The position numbers and the translations under genes were made by a program. A model generated the notes under the pieces. That model was not told the origin of the DNA, searched no databases, and worked only from the letters and a program-made list of their open reading frames with translations. A stretch of DNA of 64,000 nucleotides from Amoebophrya sp. A120 (taxonomy: Eukaryota > Protista > Dinoflagellata), in NCBI GenBank assembly GCA_905178155.1, contig CAJINV010000001.1, positions 6,827,794-6,891,793 of the forward strand. Reading direction: 5' to 3'. Numbering within the stretch: the first letter of the stretch is position 1; every line of letters begins with the position of its first letter. This document shows positions 1 to 8,745 of the stretch, one piece after another.

Positions 1-12
1 GCATGACGCGCT

Positions 13-574
13 CCGTGGAGGTGCTGCTGCAACGCAGAGGTGCACTCCACGGCTGTGCAGACTGCACTCCGCACGGATGTGCGTCAAGCACTCTGCTCAG
101 GTGCTGCTGCGAAAGCAGAGGTGCACTTTGCAGATGTGCTATGAGCGCCGCACTCTGCTCAGGTGCTGCTGCGAAAGCAGAGGTGCACTTTGCAGATTTG
201 CGGATCGCACTCCGCTGGCTTCGGTGCCGCGACTGTCGCACTCGGAGGAGGTGCTGCCGCTCACGCGGAGGTGCACTCCTCAGAGGGACAGTTCGTGCTC
301 GAAGGAGGTGCTGCCGCGAAAGCGGAGGTGCACTCCGACGAGGTGCGCGCTACGCTTGGTGAAGGTGCTGCCGCTCACGCGGAGGTGCACTTCACCGACG
401 TGCGCAGGCACAGTGTGCAGTGTGGAGGTGTGCTGCCGCTAGGCGGTGGCGCCCTCCACAAAAATGCGTCGTCGCTCTCGAAAGAGGGCGGCGTCACAGG
501 CCCCAACCATGAAAAGCGCGTGCGCTCGCATGTAGAGGTGCTGCCGCGACGACGCGGAGGTGCACTCTACGCGC
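13..574 (+). repeat. Array of 8 structured repeats, core GGTGCTG-[stem-loop]-AGGTGCAC
   Basis: Cores start at 20, 100, 162, 250, 307, 364, about 429 (degenerate) and 537. Apical stems are CTGC/GCAG or CCGC/GCGG with variable loops. Flanking basal stems differ in sequence but stay complementary. Confidence 0.9.
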
Positions 575-596
575 GAAGATAGCGCTCGATGCTAGA

Positions 597-920
597 AGCA
601 CTCAGTCCCAGGACTGAGTGCTGGTGCGCGCCATAAAAGAGTGTCGGCTTCCTCGAGTGGGAAGCCGACGCTCGATGCGTAGAGCCCCTCGTGGGAGTAC
701 GCACGCAGCGGCGCTACAGGCGCGCGCGTGCAGCTGGACGCAGTAGATCGCTTGAAACACCACTAAAAGCCAGAATAAGGCTTTTAGTGCCACCAAAAGC
801 CTTATTCTGGCTTTTAGGTGGTGTAAGCATTCAAACCAGCTGCAGGCCGTAGCTGCGCCAGCTCCCTCACGACCTCCGCGGAGGTCGTGAGTTTACACGC
901 TCACCTGGGTGAGTATAAAA
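597..920. repeat. Cluster of strong inverted repeats and palindromes
   Basis: 597-608/611-622 (12-bp perfect IR); 639-652/660-673; 763-785/795-817 (23-bp perfect IR); 866-891 (26-bp perfect palindrome CTCACGACCTCCGCGGAGGTCGTGAG); hairpin at about 892-920. Confidence 0.9.
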
Positions 921-1259
921 ACGCCATTAGCTGGCAGCTTCCGTTCCAGACTCGCCCGCGAGTACGCATGGAAGATGCCAGCTCGGCAGGGCTGTCGACC
1001 CAACATGAACATCGGCCCGCTGCGCATCGCGCGGAGCCGCGCTGCCGGCCGCTCCTGTATTGGAGCACCTCCTGGCGCGCTGGACAATCAGTGCTGAGAA
1101 TCAGCAGCAGAAACGAGTCGATAGGAGGTGCTAGACCTCCATGTGTTCACTTTGGCCCAACCCTTTGCCCGTGTGTGCGCGGGCGCCCTGTCGTGCGTGT
1201 TCATGACTTGTCGCTGGTACTAGCGTCGCGCTTGGAACACACTCAGCCCGCCTGTCTCT

Positions 1260-2600
1260 GTGTGGCAGATAGTTAGGTTGCGACTGTCGCCACGACATCA
1301 AGATCAAACAAGACACCACATAAAAACGTCCGGGTCCTCGTTGCTTGAAAAGAAGGCCGCGGCGTGTGCCGCTGGCGTTCTCGGCGCTTTGCTCCCGACC
1401 GGGTTTGAGACGTACTTCCCCGGCAGCAGCCGGCAGGTGCTGGACCAAGAGTTTGCGAGCATCTCGCACAACCTGGGCGTGCAAGTCGATGAGGATGTCC
1501 GCCTGGCGGCCAAGCTCCGCATGTTCTTCGAGCTGAAGGCGCTCGGGATTCCCATTCACGGCCAGCGGCACAAGGCCCTGCTCAAGGTCTTGGTCGAATA
1601 TGGCGTGAAGGACGTCGAGGAGTTCGTGGAGCTTTTCCAAAGCTCCGAGGATATCCGGGCCTGCAGTGTCCCGCCGGCGGAGATCGCGACCTGCCTGAAG
1701 GTCAAGCGGGCGGTCGCGGAAATCGCGCAGCTGCGCGGCGCCGGGGTCGGCAGCAGCAAGGTGCCGAAGCGGAAGATCGACCTGGTTGCCGGGGCCAAGA
1801 CCGCCGGCTTGGACAAGTCGCTTGCCCCCACGAAGGAGCAGGTCTACTGCGTCATGGTGGCGCAGGAGAAGGGTAACTGCACCCTTCCGCTGTGCGAGAT
1901 GAAGGTCGCACCCTGGAGCGACCCCATGTGGACCCACACCTACAAGGACGAAATCGAGGGCGTTAGCGACCTCAAGGAGAAGGAAGGCGGGGCCGCCTTC
2001 CTGTTGGAGCGGGCCAAGGAGCTGAAGACGAAGTACTTGCCGACGCATCAGCTGCACCTGGCCGCGACGCGGTACCTGTACAGCCTGGGCGTTGCGGGTG
2101 CCTTTCAGCCCGGCCGGACCCTCCTGGTCGCCGCGAAGTACATGGAGGTCCTTGGCGCTATTGCGTGCCGGCACAGTCCGACCCTGGCGGCTTCGTACGA
2201 CATGGAGAATCGCCGGCGCGCGGAGCGCGCGGGGCTGGTGACACCCGAGGAGGCGGAGAAGTTCTTCCTCGAGAAGAACAAAGACATCTTCGAGGACCTC
2301 CTCACCGACATGAAGCTTGCGGACCACAAGGCCGCGAGCAACAAGCGCAGCGAGCAGGCGGCTGCCGGTGGGGACGCCTCCGCCCCGGGCGGGGGACAGC
2401 ACCAGGCGATGAAGAAGCGTCGCGGTGGCAAAGGTTTGCTTCCGGGCAGCGAGGTTGCCGGCGGTGGCAAGGGTGGCGTCAACCCGGGGGTTCCGAACGC
2501 TGCTGCCACGACGAACCCGGGGGCCCCGGCAGTTGCCGGCGAAGCCGGGAAAAAGAAGAAGAAGAAGAAGACCGACGGTACTAATTTAGTGTTGACGTAG
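1260..2600 (+). CDS. ORF1, putative gag-like nucleic-acid-binding protein of the retroelement
   Basis: 446-codon open frame with high GC3 directly upstream of RT and a basic Gly/Lys-rich C-terminus (KKRRGGKG, KKKKKK). First ATG is at 1521; coding-like sequence begins at about 1326 (ACG). Confidence 0.65.
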   Translation: MWQIVRLRLSPRHQDQTRHHIKTSGSSLLEKKAAACAAGVLGALLPTGFETYFPGSSRQVLDQEFASISHNLGVQVDEDVRLAAKLRMFFELKALGIPIHGQRHKALLKVLVEYGVKDVEEFVELFQSSEDIRACSVPPAEIATCLKVKRAVAEIAQLRGAGVGSSKVPKRKIDLVAGAKTAGLDKSLAPTKEQVYCVMVAQEKGNCTLPLCEMKVAPWSDPMWTHTYKDEIEGVSDLKEKEGGAAFLLERAKELKTKYLPTHQLHLAATRYLYSLGVAGAFQPGRTLLVAAKYMEVLGAIACRHSPTLAASYDMENRRRAERAGLVTPEEAEKFFLEKNKDIFEDLLTDMKLADHKAASNKRSEQAAAGGDASAPGGGQHQAMKKRRGGKGLLPGSEVAGGGKGGVNPGVPNAAATTNPGAPAVAGEAGKKKKKKKTDGTNLVLT

Positions 2601-2842
2601 GATTTCTCCCCTTCTACCCCTCGCTCTGCGTTCCCATCTTGATCTTCTCGTAGCGATAGAGCAAGAGCATGAAAATGATGAACGCGTGACCCCTCCCTCC
2701 CCCCCCCACTTACGCATTAGCGCCCTGGAATTGTCCACCATGTGTTACAGGGGAAGGGGCTGCGCCACGGCCCGGTGGCGGCGCAGTCGCCGCCGCGACC
2801 ACCGGTACCGCCCGGGCAGCACCACAGACAGGTGCCAGCGAA

Positions 2843-4924
2843 GTGGCAGAGTCCGGAAGCCCCAGATTTACCGCCCCCGGGGCAACGGGGGTGAAGTCGG
2901 TACCCGCAAGCGCGAGCCCGCCGAAGTCGGCGCCGCCGCCCGGCTTCCAGGACGCGCGCGCGAGAGGAACGCTCTTGGGCAAGCAGAAGGGCCTGTTCGC
3001 TTCGGTTTCCCCAGGGTTGCCTCCTTCGCAGCACGTTGCGGCTGCCAAGGAGCTCGTGCGCGACTGGAATGAGCTACAGCGCAATCCGCTACCAGCGGAC
3101 GCGGCGAGGGCGGTAGACAGGGCGGCACGCCTTACAGTCCCGGAGCACCAAGCGCTCCGCAAGGCAGCGATCAAGAAGTGGTCCGCGCGCGCCGCGGAGG
3201 TTCCGGACCCCTACGGGCAAGGAGTCCACGTCGACCTCCTTCTGGAGATGCTGCGCGACGGGGGGCACATCGGCCCTGACGAGGTCACGCCGTTCTTCGA
3301 GAACCTCCGCAAGCGGTTCCCGATGTCCGGCGCGCATTCGTACCCGGACATCTTCGAACAGACGTCAAACGCCGCGCCCGAGCTCTCTGTCCCGGAACTG
3401 CTCGCGGAGCAGGCCGGGGTGCATGAGGAGGCGGCGAGGTGCATCCACAAGGACGCCCCGGAAAACAAGGCTTTTCTGTGGCAGAGCATCCAGGAGGAAG
3501 TGCGCGAGGGGTTCGCGCACGAGATCGACTCCAGCGTGGCGCAAGGAGAGGACTGTGTCTTTTTCCGCCGTTTCGTTGCGTGGCAGCTGAAAGCGGACAA
3601 GCCCGGGTGGGAGTACAAGCCCCGCCCCGTCGATGATGGCAAGGCCGCGCAAATCAATCGCGCCAACATCATCTGGACCCCCATCAAGCTCGCCACGGTC
3701 GACCTTTACGCCGCTGCGCTCGCGCGCTACCAAGGTCTGCGGCCGGGGCGGCGCTGCAAGAGCTGCAAGAAGGACCACGAGAAGGCATACCGCCAGCTCC
3801 GCGCGAGCAACGACGAGTTTCTCCGCGTGATCATGGTCGAAGACCCTAGCGGGGCGCTGCGATATTTCGTCGCCGACCGCCTCCTCTTCGGGGAGGCGGC
3901 GTCGGTTCTGCATTATAATGGGTTGAGCGCGGCCCTCACCCAGGTCGTGCGGGACCAGCTGGCGCTCCCGATGTTCGCCTACTATGACGACTACATCTTT
4001 CCTGCTGATGAGGAAGATGAGTCCGCAGCGGCGGACGTGCAGACCTTCCTTGGTGACATCCTCAAAACAAAGTTTAACGAGGCGAAAACCGAGGAGGGCG
4101 CCGAGGTCATCTACTGCGGGATCGTTATCGCGGTGGAGCCGGAAGGGGTTCGGTACAGCCTCAGCCCGCACCGGATCACAAAGATCCAGCACTACATCCG
4201 GGACCACCTGGACCGCAACAGCATGACGACCGCCGAGGCTGCTACGCTTGGCGGGCGCCTCAGTTGGTCGACGACGTGTCTGTTTGGCCGCATCGGCCGA
4301 GCAATGTTGCACGCGCTGCAGCGCCGCGCCGCGGCGAAGAACCTCCCTGCCCACGCCCGGCTGAACAAGAACCTCCGGCGGGCGCTCGAGTGGTGGGCGG
4401 ACCTCTTTGCGGCAGAAGGGTCCGCCGCTCGTCTCGCTTTCAGCCGGGTCGTGCCCGCCTGCCCTCCTGATGGCGGGCGAGCACCATCGCGCCCGCAGTA
4501 CGCGATGTACACGGACGCGAGCCTGAGTGGGGCCGGGGCAGTTCTGCTGCCTTTGGAAGGGTGTGCCACGGGCGGCCCAACCTACACGCGCATCGACTTC
4601 GGGGCGCAGGCCGAAGAGGACATTGCGGTCTTGGAAGGAGCAGAGGTCGAGGCCGCGCTCCTTTCCTTTGCACACCAGCTGCAGGGCGCCGACCTTTTCC
4701 TCTGGATCGATAACACGGTGGCGCAGGGGTCGTTCGTACGGGGCAGCGCGAAGAGCGACGCCCTGCGCGCTTCGGTCGAGCGCTCCTGGCTTCTGGCCGC
4801 GCAGCTTGGCTGCATGATCTGGGTAGAGCGGGTTGACTCCGGGGCCAACCCGGCGGACGACCCCTCCCGGGGCTGCGCGCCACGGTGCTTGCCGGAGGCC
4901 ATCCAGGTACTGCCTGCTTGGTAG
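2843..4924 (+). CDS. Reverse transcriptase + RNase H (DIRS/Ngaro-type pol)
   Basis: RT motifs: KPRPVDD, KKDHEKAYRQL, LLFGEAASVLHYN, YYDDY, YCGI, LGGRLSW. RNase H motifs: YTDAS, IAVLE, WIDNTVA, SGANPADDPSR. Frame is open from 2690 with no ATG until about 3248. Confidence 0.9.
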   Translation: MAESGSPRFTAPGATGVKSVPASASPPKSAPPPGFQDARARGTLLGKQKGLFASVSPGLPPSQHVAAAKELVRDWNELQRNPLPADAARAVDRAARLTVPEHQALRKAAIKKWSARAAEVPDPYGQGVHVDLLLEMLRDGGHIGPDEVTPFFENLRKRFPMSGAHSYPDIFEQTSNAAPELSVPELLAEQAGVHEEAARCIHKDAPENKAFLWQSIQEEVREGFAHEIDSSVAQGEDCVFFRRFVAWQLKADKPGWEYKPRPVDDGKAAQINRANIIWTPIKLATVDLYAAALARYQGLRPGRRCKSCKKDHEKAYRQLRASNDEFLRVIMVEDPSGALRYFVADRLLFGEAASVLHYNGLSAALTQVVRDQLALPMFAYYDDYIFPADEEDESAAADVQTFLGDILKTKFNEAKTEEGAEVIYCGIVIAVEPEGVRYSLSPHRITKIQHYIRDHLDRNSMTTAEAATLGGRLSWSTTCLFGRIGRAMLHALQRRAAAKNLPAHARLNKNLRRALEWWADLFAAEGSAARLAFSRVVPACPPDGGRAPSRPQYAMYTDASLSGAGAVLLPLEGCATGGPTYTRIDFGAQAEEDIAVLEGAEVEAALLSFAHQLQGADLFLWIDNTVAQGSFVRGSAKSDALRASVERSWLLAAQLGCMIWVERVDSGANPADDPSRGCAPRCLPEAIQVLPAW

Positions 4925-4969
4925 AATGTGTGACACATGGCCGGGGGCCACCTGCCTTCCCTGTGACTC

Positions 4970-6778
4970 TTACTGTAATTCGAATGCAGAAATCACAGAG
5001 ACACGCTTCGCAATTTCCAACCCAAACAACACACAGGTACCGCGGACGCCGCCAACCCGAACCGCTAGGGGGCCGGCGAAGTGATTGCCGCGGCATGTTT
5101 GGGGAGTTGGAATCTTGAAGAAGGTGGTGGCATTTGGCCACCATCTCCGTGTTCTTTGGGGTGAATTTGATGAAGACACTACTAATTTGATGAAGACACT
5201 GGTGGACCGACACAGAGCAATCAACCGGTGACCATGTTCAGAATCTTGCGCTGCTGAGCCCTTGCACGCAATCGATTGGTCTGGTCTTGTCTTTCTCGCC
5301 CGGTGGAGCTTTGGGTGTGCGGGCTTTGGGAGTTGATCTCCACGGCCTCGATACGTAAAAAATTGGTGTTCGCAATGCAATCCCGACGTAGGCACAGCGG
5401 GGCCGGCACAAGATGCCGCGCTTGCGTGCCTCGCGTGTTTCGCTTGCTCGCGCCCTTTTCGCGTTTCGCTCAAAGTTCCAAAGCTGTGACAGCTAACCTC
5501 ACGCACGTCGTAACCATAGCCAAAGCGGTTAATTTTAGTCTTCTTCTGCGACAGCGACACCAGGTGCTGCGGTTTCATTTTCCCGGGATGGCGCGGAAAA
5601 GCAAAGGTAAATCGCCGCATGAACAGAGTAGTCGGTTCGGAAAACTTTCGCTCTTTAGCTGCAGTGGTGCTGTTGGCTAAATCCAAAAAGGAGATCTGAC
5701 CGTGCCCAACGTCGGGATCGTTATGCAGGCGTCCGTCCCAGACTGTGTCCGCGTGGACGAGTTGTGCTGCTGTGCTGGATTTTGATTTTCTATCCCGTTG
5801 GATTTTTCCACCGTCGGCTGTTTGCAAATTCTTGTCCTTCTTATGGTCGTTGTCTCGTAGTTCTTCATCATTAGTGTGCGTCGCACGCCCCTCGAGGAGC
5901 GAGTGGACGTTTTTCCCCTTCTCCAAACCCGACCCTAGCACATGTTCGTGGTCGAACAAGTGGTTGTGTTCGTGGTAGAAATGATCTTTTGCGAAGATTT
6001 CAACGAAGCCACCCGGCCCGTCGTGCACCATCGCCTTCTTCAAGACCCCTTGGTGCACTACAGCGCGGTGGCCCTCCGCACTCCGGTAGAACGCATACTC
6101 GCTAGATCCGTCGCTCTGTGCTTTTCGCGGATCCGTGACGGTGACCGAACCGTCCGCGGCTACGGTGCGGTGCTTACTATCTTCCGCCCATGGCCCGTGA
6201 GGCACGCGGTGCAGGTTGCGATAAGTTCGACTACCTACGTGAACGTCTATCTTTCTATCTTGGATATGATGCTGGTGCCTATCGTGCCCTTGGCTTTTGC
6301 TATTTCCCTGATGTTCTGTAGAGCTGGGAAGTGAAGTACCAGTTGAGGCGGTCTTTTTTCGGTCCATCGCTGTTTTACCTGTTCCAGGAGACACGCTGTG
6401 GGAAAACCGTACTTCTACCGGAAACGGAGGAACTGCTGTTGAAGAAGAAGAGTGTGCTGCTCCGCGGGGATCACTTCCACTTGTCCTTTTCTCATCTTTT
6501 TTAGGTGACTCTGATTCTCCTGACGAGTGTGCTCGAAAATCGGACTCTCCCCGCTGCTTCCTCCCGGATATTTCATTGTGGTCGTGAAGTTGAACAACTT
6601 CGGCGTGGTCGTCTGTCTCGAGGCGCAACAGTCTTGCTGCGTAGATGTCCTCCGCAGTCCGAGCGCTCGTGGCTGACACCGAAGGCAGGTGGAAAACAAG
6701 ATAGAGCTCGACAAGAGCCGCAAGCATCGCGGGCATCGTCGTGCGTTTGAGGAAAACCAGCAAGGACAACTTCAACAT
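4970..6778 (-). pseudogene. Secreted protein, possibly a degraded M12B/reprolysin-like metalloprotease precursor
   Basis: Signal-peptide-like N-terminus and a propeptide-like beta region. Fragments resembling the reprolysin catalytic domain (IANTNFLRIEAVEI, HHLLQD, PPSG..GLAA..GTC) fall in different frames. No HExxH before the retroelement end. Confidence 0.4.
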
Positions 6779-8745
6779 CTTGACAACGTTTCAGATACTT
6801 TCAGTCGCCAACCGGATCCTCGAGGAAGTCGAATGGATGCAATCGAACCTAACACACCTACCAGTGAAAGTTTAATTTTCAAATTCTTTCTCTATGACAT
6901 TCTTAGTACGAAATTGCGCACACACTCACACACACACACACATCTTTCAGATCCCTCACGAAAAACCACACGACTCGGCGAGGAGACGCGTTGCGATACT
7001 CCCAATCCTGCCTAACGGCCGATCTCGCATCGACGCTTCGCTTTCGCATTTCGTCAACTCTGCTCGAGTGCGCTGAGAAATGAATGTCGCACAACACGTG
7101 GAACAACCCAAGTTCCTGTTCCACAATTCATTGCATGACTCAGGCGCCGCGTATCTATGGCAAGCGTCTGCGCAAGAGCCAACTAGTGAGCTGTGACACA
7201 GAACTTTGCTCCAGGACGCTGCGCCGGTGCGACCGTAGAAAAGAGCTGCAGGCAGCTGCCAACAAACGGCGCCCCCAGGTTAATCTTGCCCCTCGAGAAG
7301 AAAAGAGCGCGGCCGCCGGCCAACGCAGGGTCGCGCAAAACTAGAGCCAGGGGCAGCGCCACCGCCCCTGCTGATCGGCTCCAACATTCCGGAGCCTAAG
7401 CGGGGGCGCCAAGGGCGTGTCGCGCGGAAGATACGGTCGCAGGGCGGGCAAGCAAGCACCACGGCGGCGCTGCCCCGGAACGCGCCACACTCCTCCCCGG
7501 CCGCCGAATCACCACAGCAATGGCGGCGGCGGGCTAGCCACAACAAACAAGAACCGCGCGGGCGGGCGGCCGCCACGAGAAACCAACAAGCGCCGGGAGT
7601 TCGTGTCCGGCCTGCAGAGCTCGGCCTAGGCTGGGCGTGAGCGCCTTTTTTGTGGTCGCGGCGACGTTTTCCAAAAGTCGGCGGGCGAGCTGCCCCCCAC
7701 CAGCGGGGACTTCGTCGCCGGGATCTTTTGGTCTTCGTCTGTCCCTCAGCAGGTGCCCAGCTGCCAAGCCGAGCTGGGCCTTGTCGCGGGACTGTCGCCC
7801 TCTTCTCGTTCAGGGGAGTCGGCTACTGGGTCTGCGCCGCTTTCCGAAGTTTCGGCCGACACAGATGCCTTGCCGCAGGCCTGAGTTCGCCTCGCTGAGG
7901 CGTGCGCCGACACGTGGAGGCCACTCCCCAACTACAAAATACCGCATTCGGCCCTGACCCCGCCGCCGGCGACTGCGCGGGAAAGGGCTGGCATCGTTTT
8001 GCTCCAACTCGACTGCCAATTCCGCGCGGCACTTCTCTTCTTCACTTTTAGATTCCTCTGCTTGCGTCACTTTTAAAGCCCTCGGAAGCTGCAGACACTC
8101 AAGAGCGTCTCTCCCGTGCTCGACCTCAAGGCGCTCGGTACAACAACTGGAACTGGTATTTGACCTTTCGAAGCACTGTGGTATTGCTTTGCCTGAGCCA
8201 CTCGAGTCTTCTCGACTGATCATGAGGATGCACACTGTTGATGTCGATGTAGCCAATCTCTTAAAGGGTGAAGATGAACTCGCGTCGTGCACATGCACTA
8301 TTTCAACCGCATTACGACGATCGCTGAGTGCCATTTCGCCCAAGTATCGTGCACCGACGATCGATCGCGCTGGTGCACGGAATCATTCTATGACGTGCCT
8401 TGCACAGGTCTGAGCCGTTATTTACCTGGATCAGTTTGCAGGCACGAAAGGCTGTGGAGGTATTGTAAAAAGGTGAGTAACCAAAAGGAGACAGACCGGA
8501 TCGATTGGCATCGGTCTTGATCGCACCAACCAGTGGTAGAAGTGATACCGTCGCTTCTTACAGCCTTATGCTGATAGAGTGACACTACGTAAAAAATTCT
8601 CCAAACAGCACAATCCCACTTCGAGCAGCCCTGCATTCACGAAGAGGAAGAGACTCCTGTTGCTGTTTCTGTCCCGTTAGGGCACCCTAAACTTTTAAAA
8701 AGTTTCATTCTCGACGACGGCCACACACCGTTGCGAAGCACCATA

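Larger units (their letters stand above)
1..5000 (+). mobile_element. DIRS/Ngaro-like (tyrosine-recombinase class) retroelement: structured leader, gag-like ORF1, RT-RNase H; boundaries uncertain, 5' end probably outside the window
   Basis: RT and RNase H motifs of the DIRS/Ngaro type, GC-rich, and on the opposite strand to all host genes. No YR, integrase or terminal repeat pair seen. Confidence 0.75.

Noticed and set aside
13-574. CRISPR array
   Set aside because: Repeats vary internally, spacing is irregular, the intervening sequences pair across each repeat as stem extensions, no cas genes are present, and the context is eukaryotic.
163-582. Protein repeat GAAA(H/K)AEVH
   Set aside because: In frame for only three units. 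Other spacings and loop lengths shift the frame, and covariation is explained by base pairing.
1131-4951. Long antisense ORFs 1131-2402 and 3365-4951
   Set aside because: Shadows of high-GC3 coding on the plus strand; no motifs, including no tyrosine recombinase R-H-R-Y pattern.
4939-5010. HDV/CPEB3-like ribozyme (starts GGGGGCCAC)
   Set aside because: No complementary P1 strand or nested pseudoknot could be built by eye.
6919-6942. CA microsatellite
   Set aside because: Ordinary short simple repeat.
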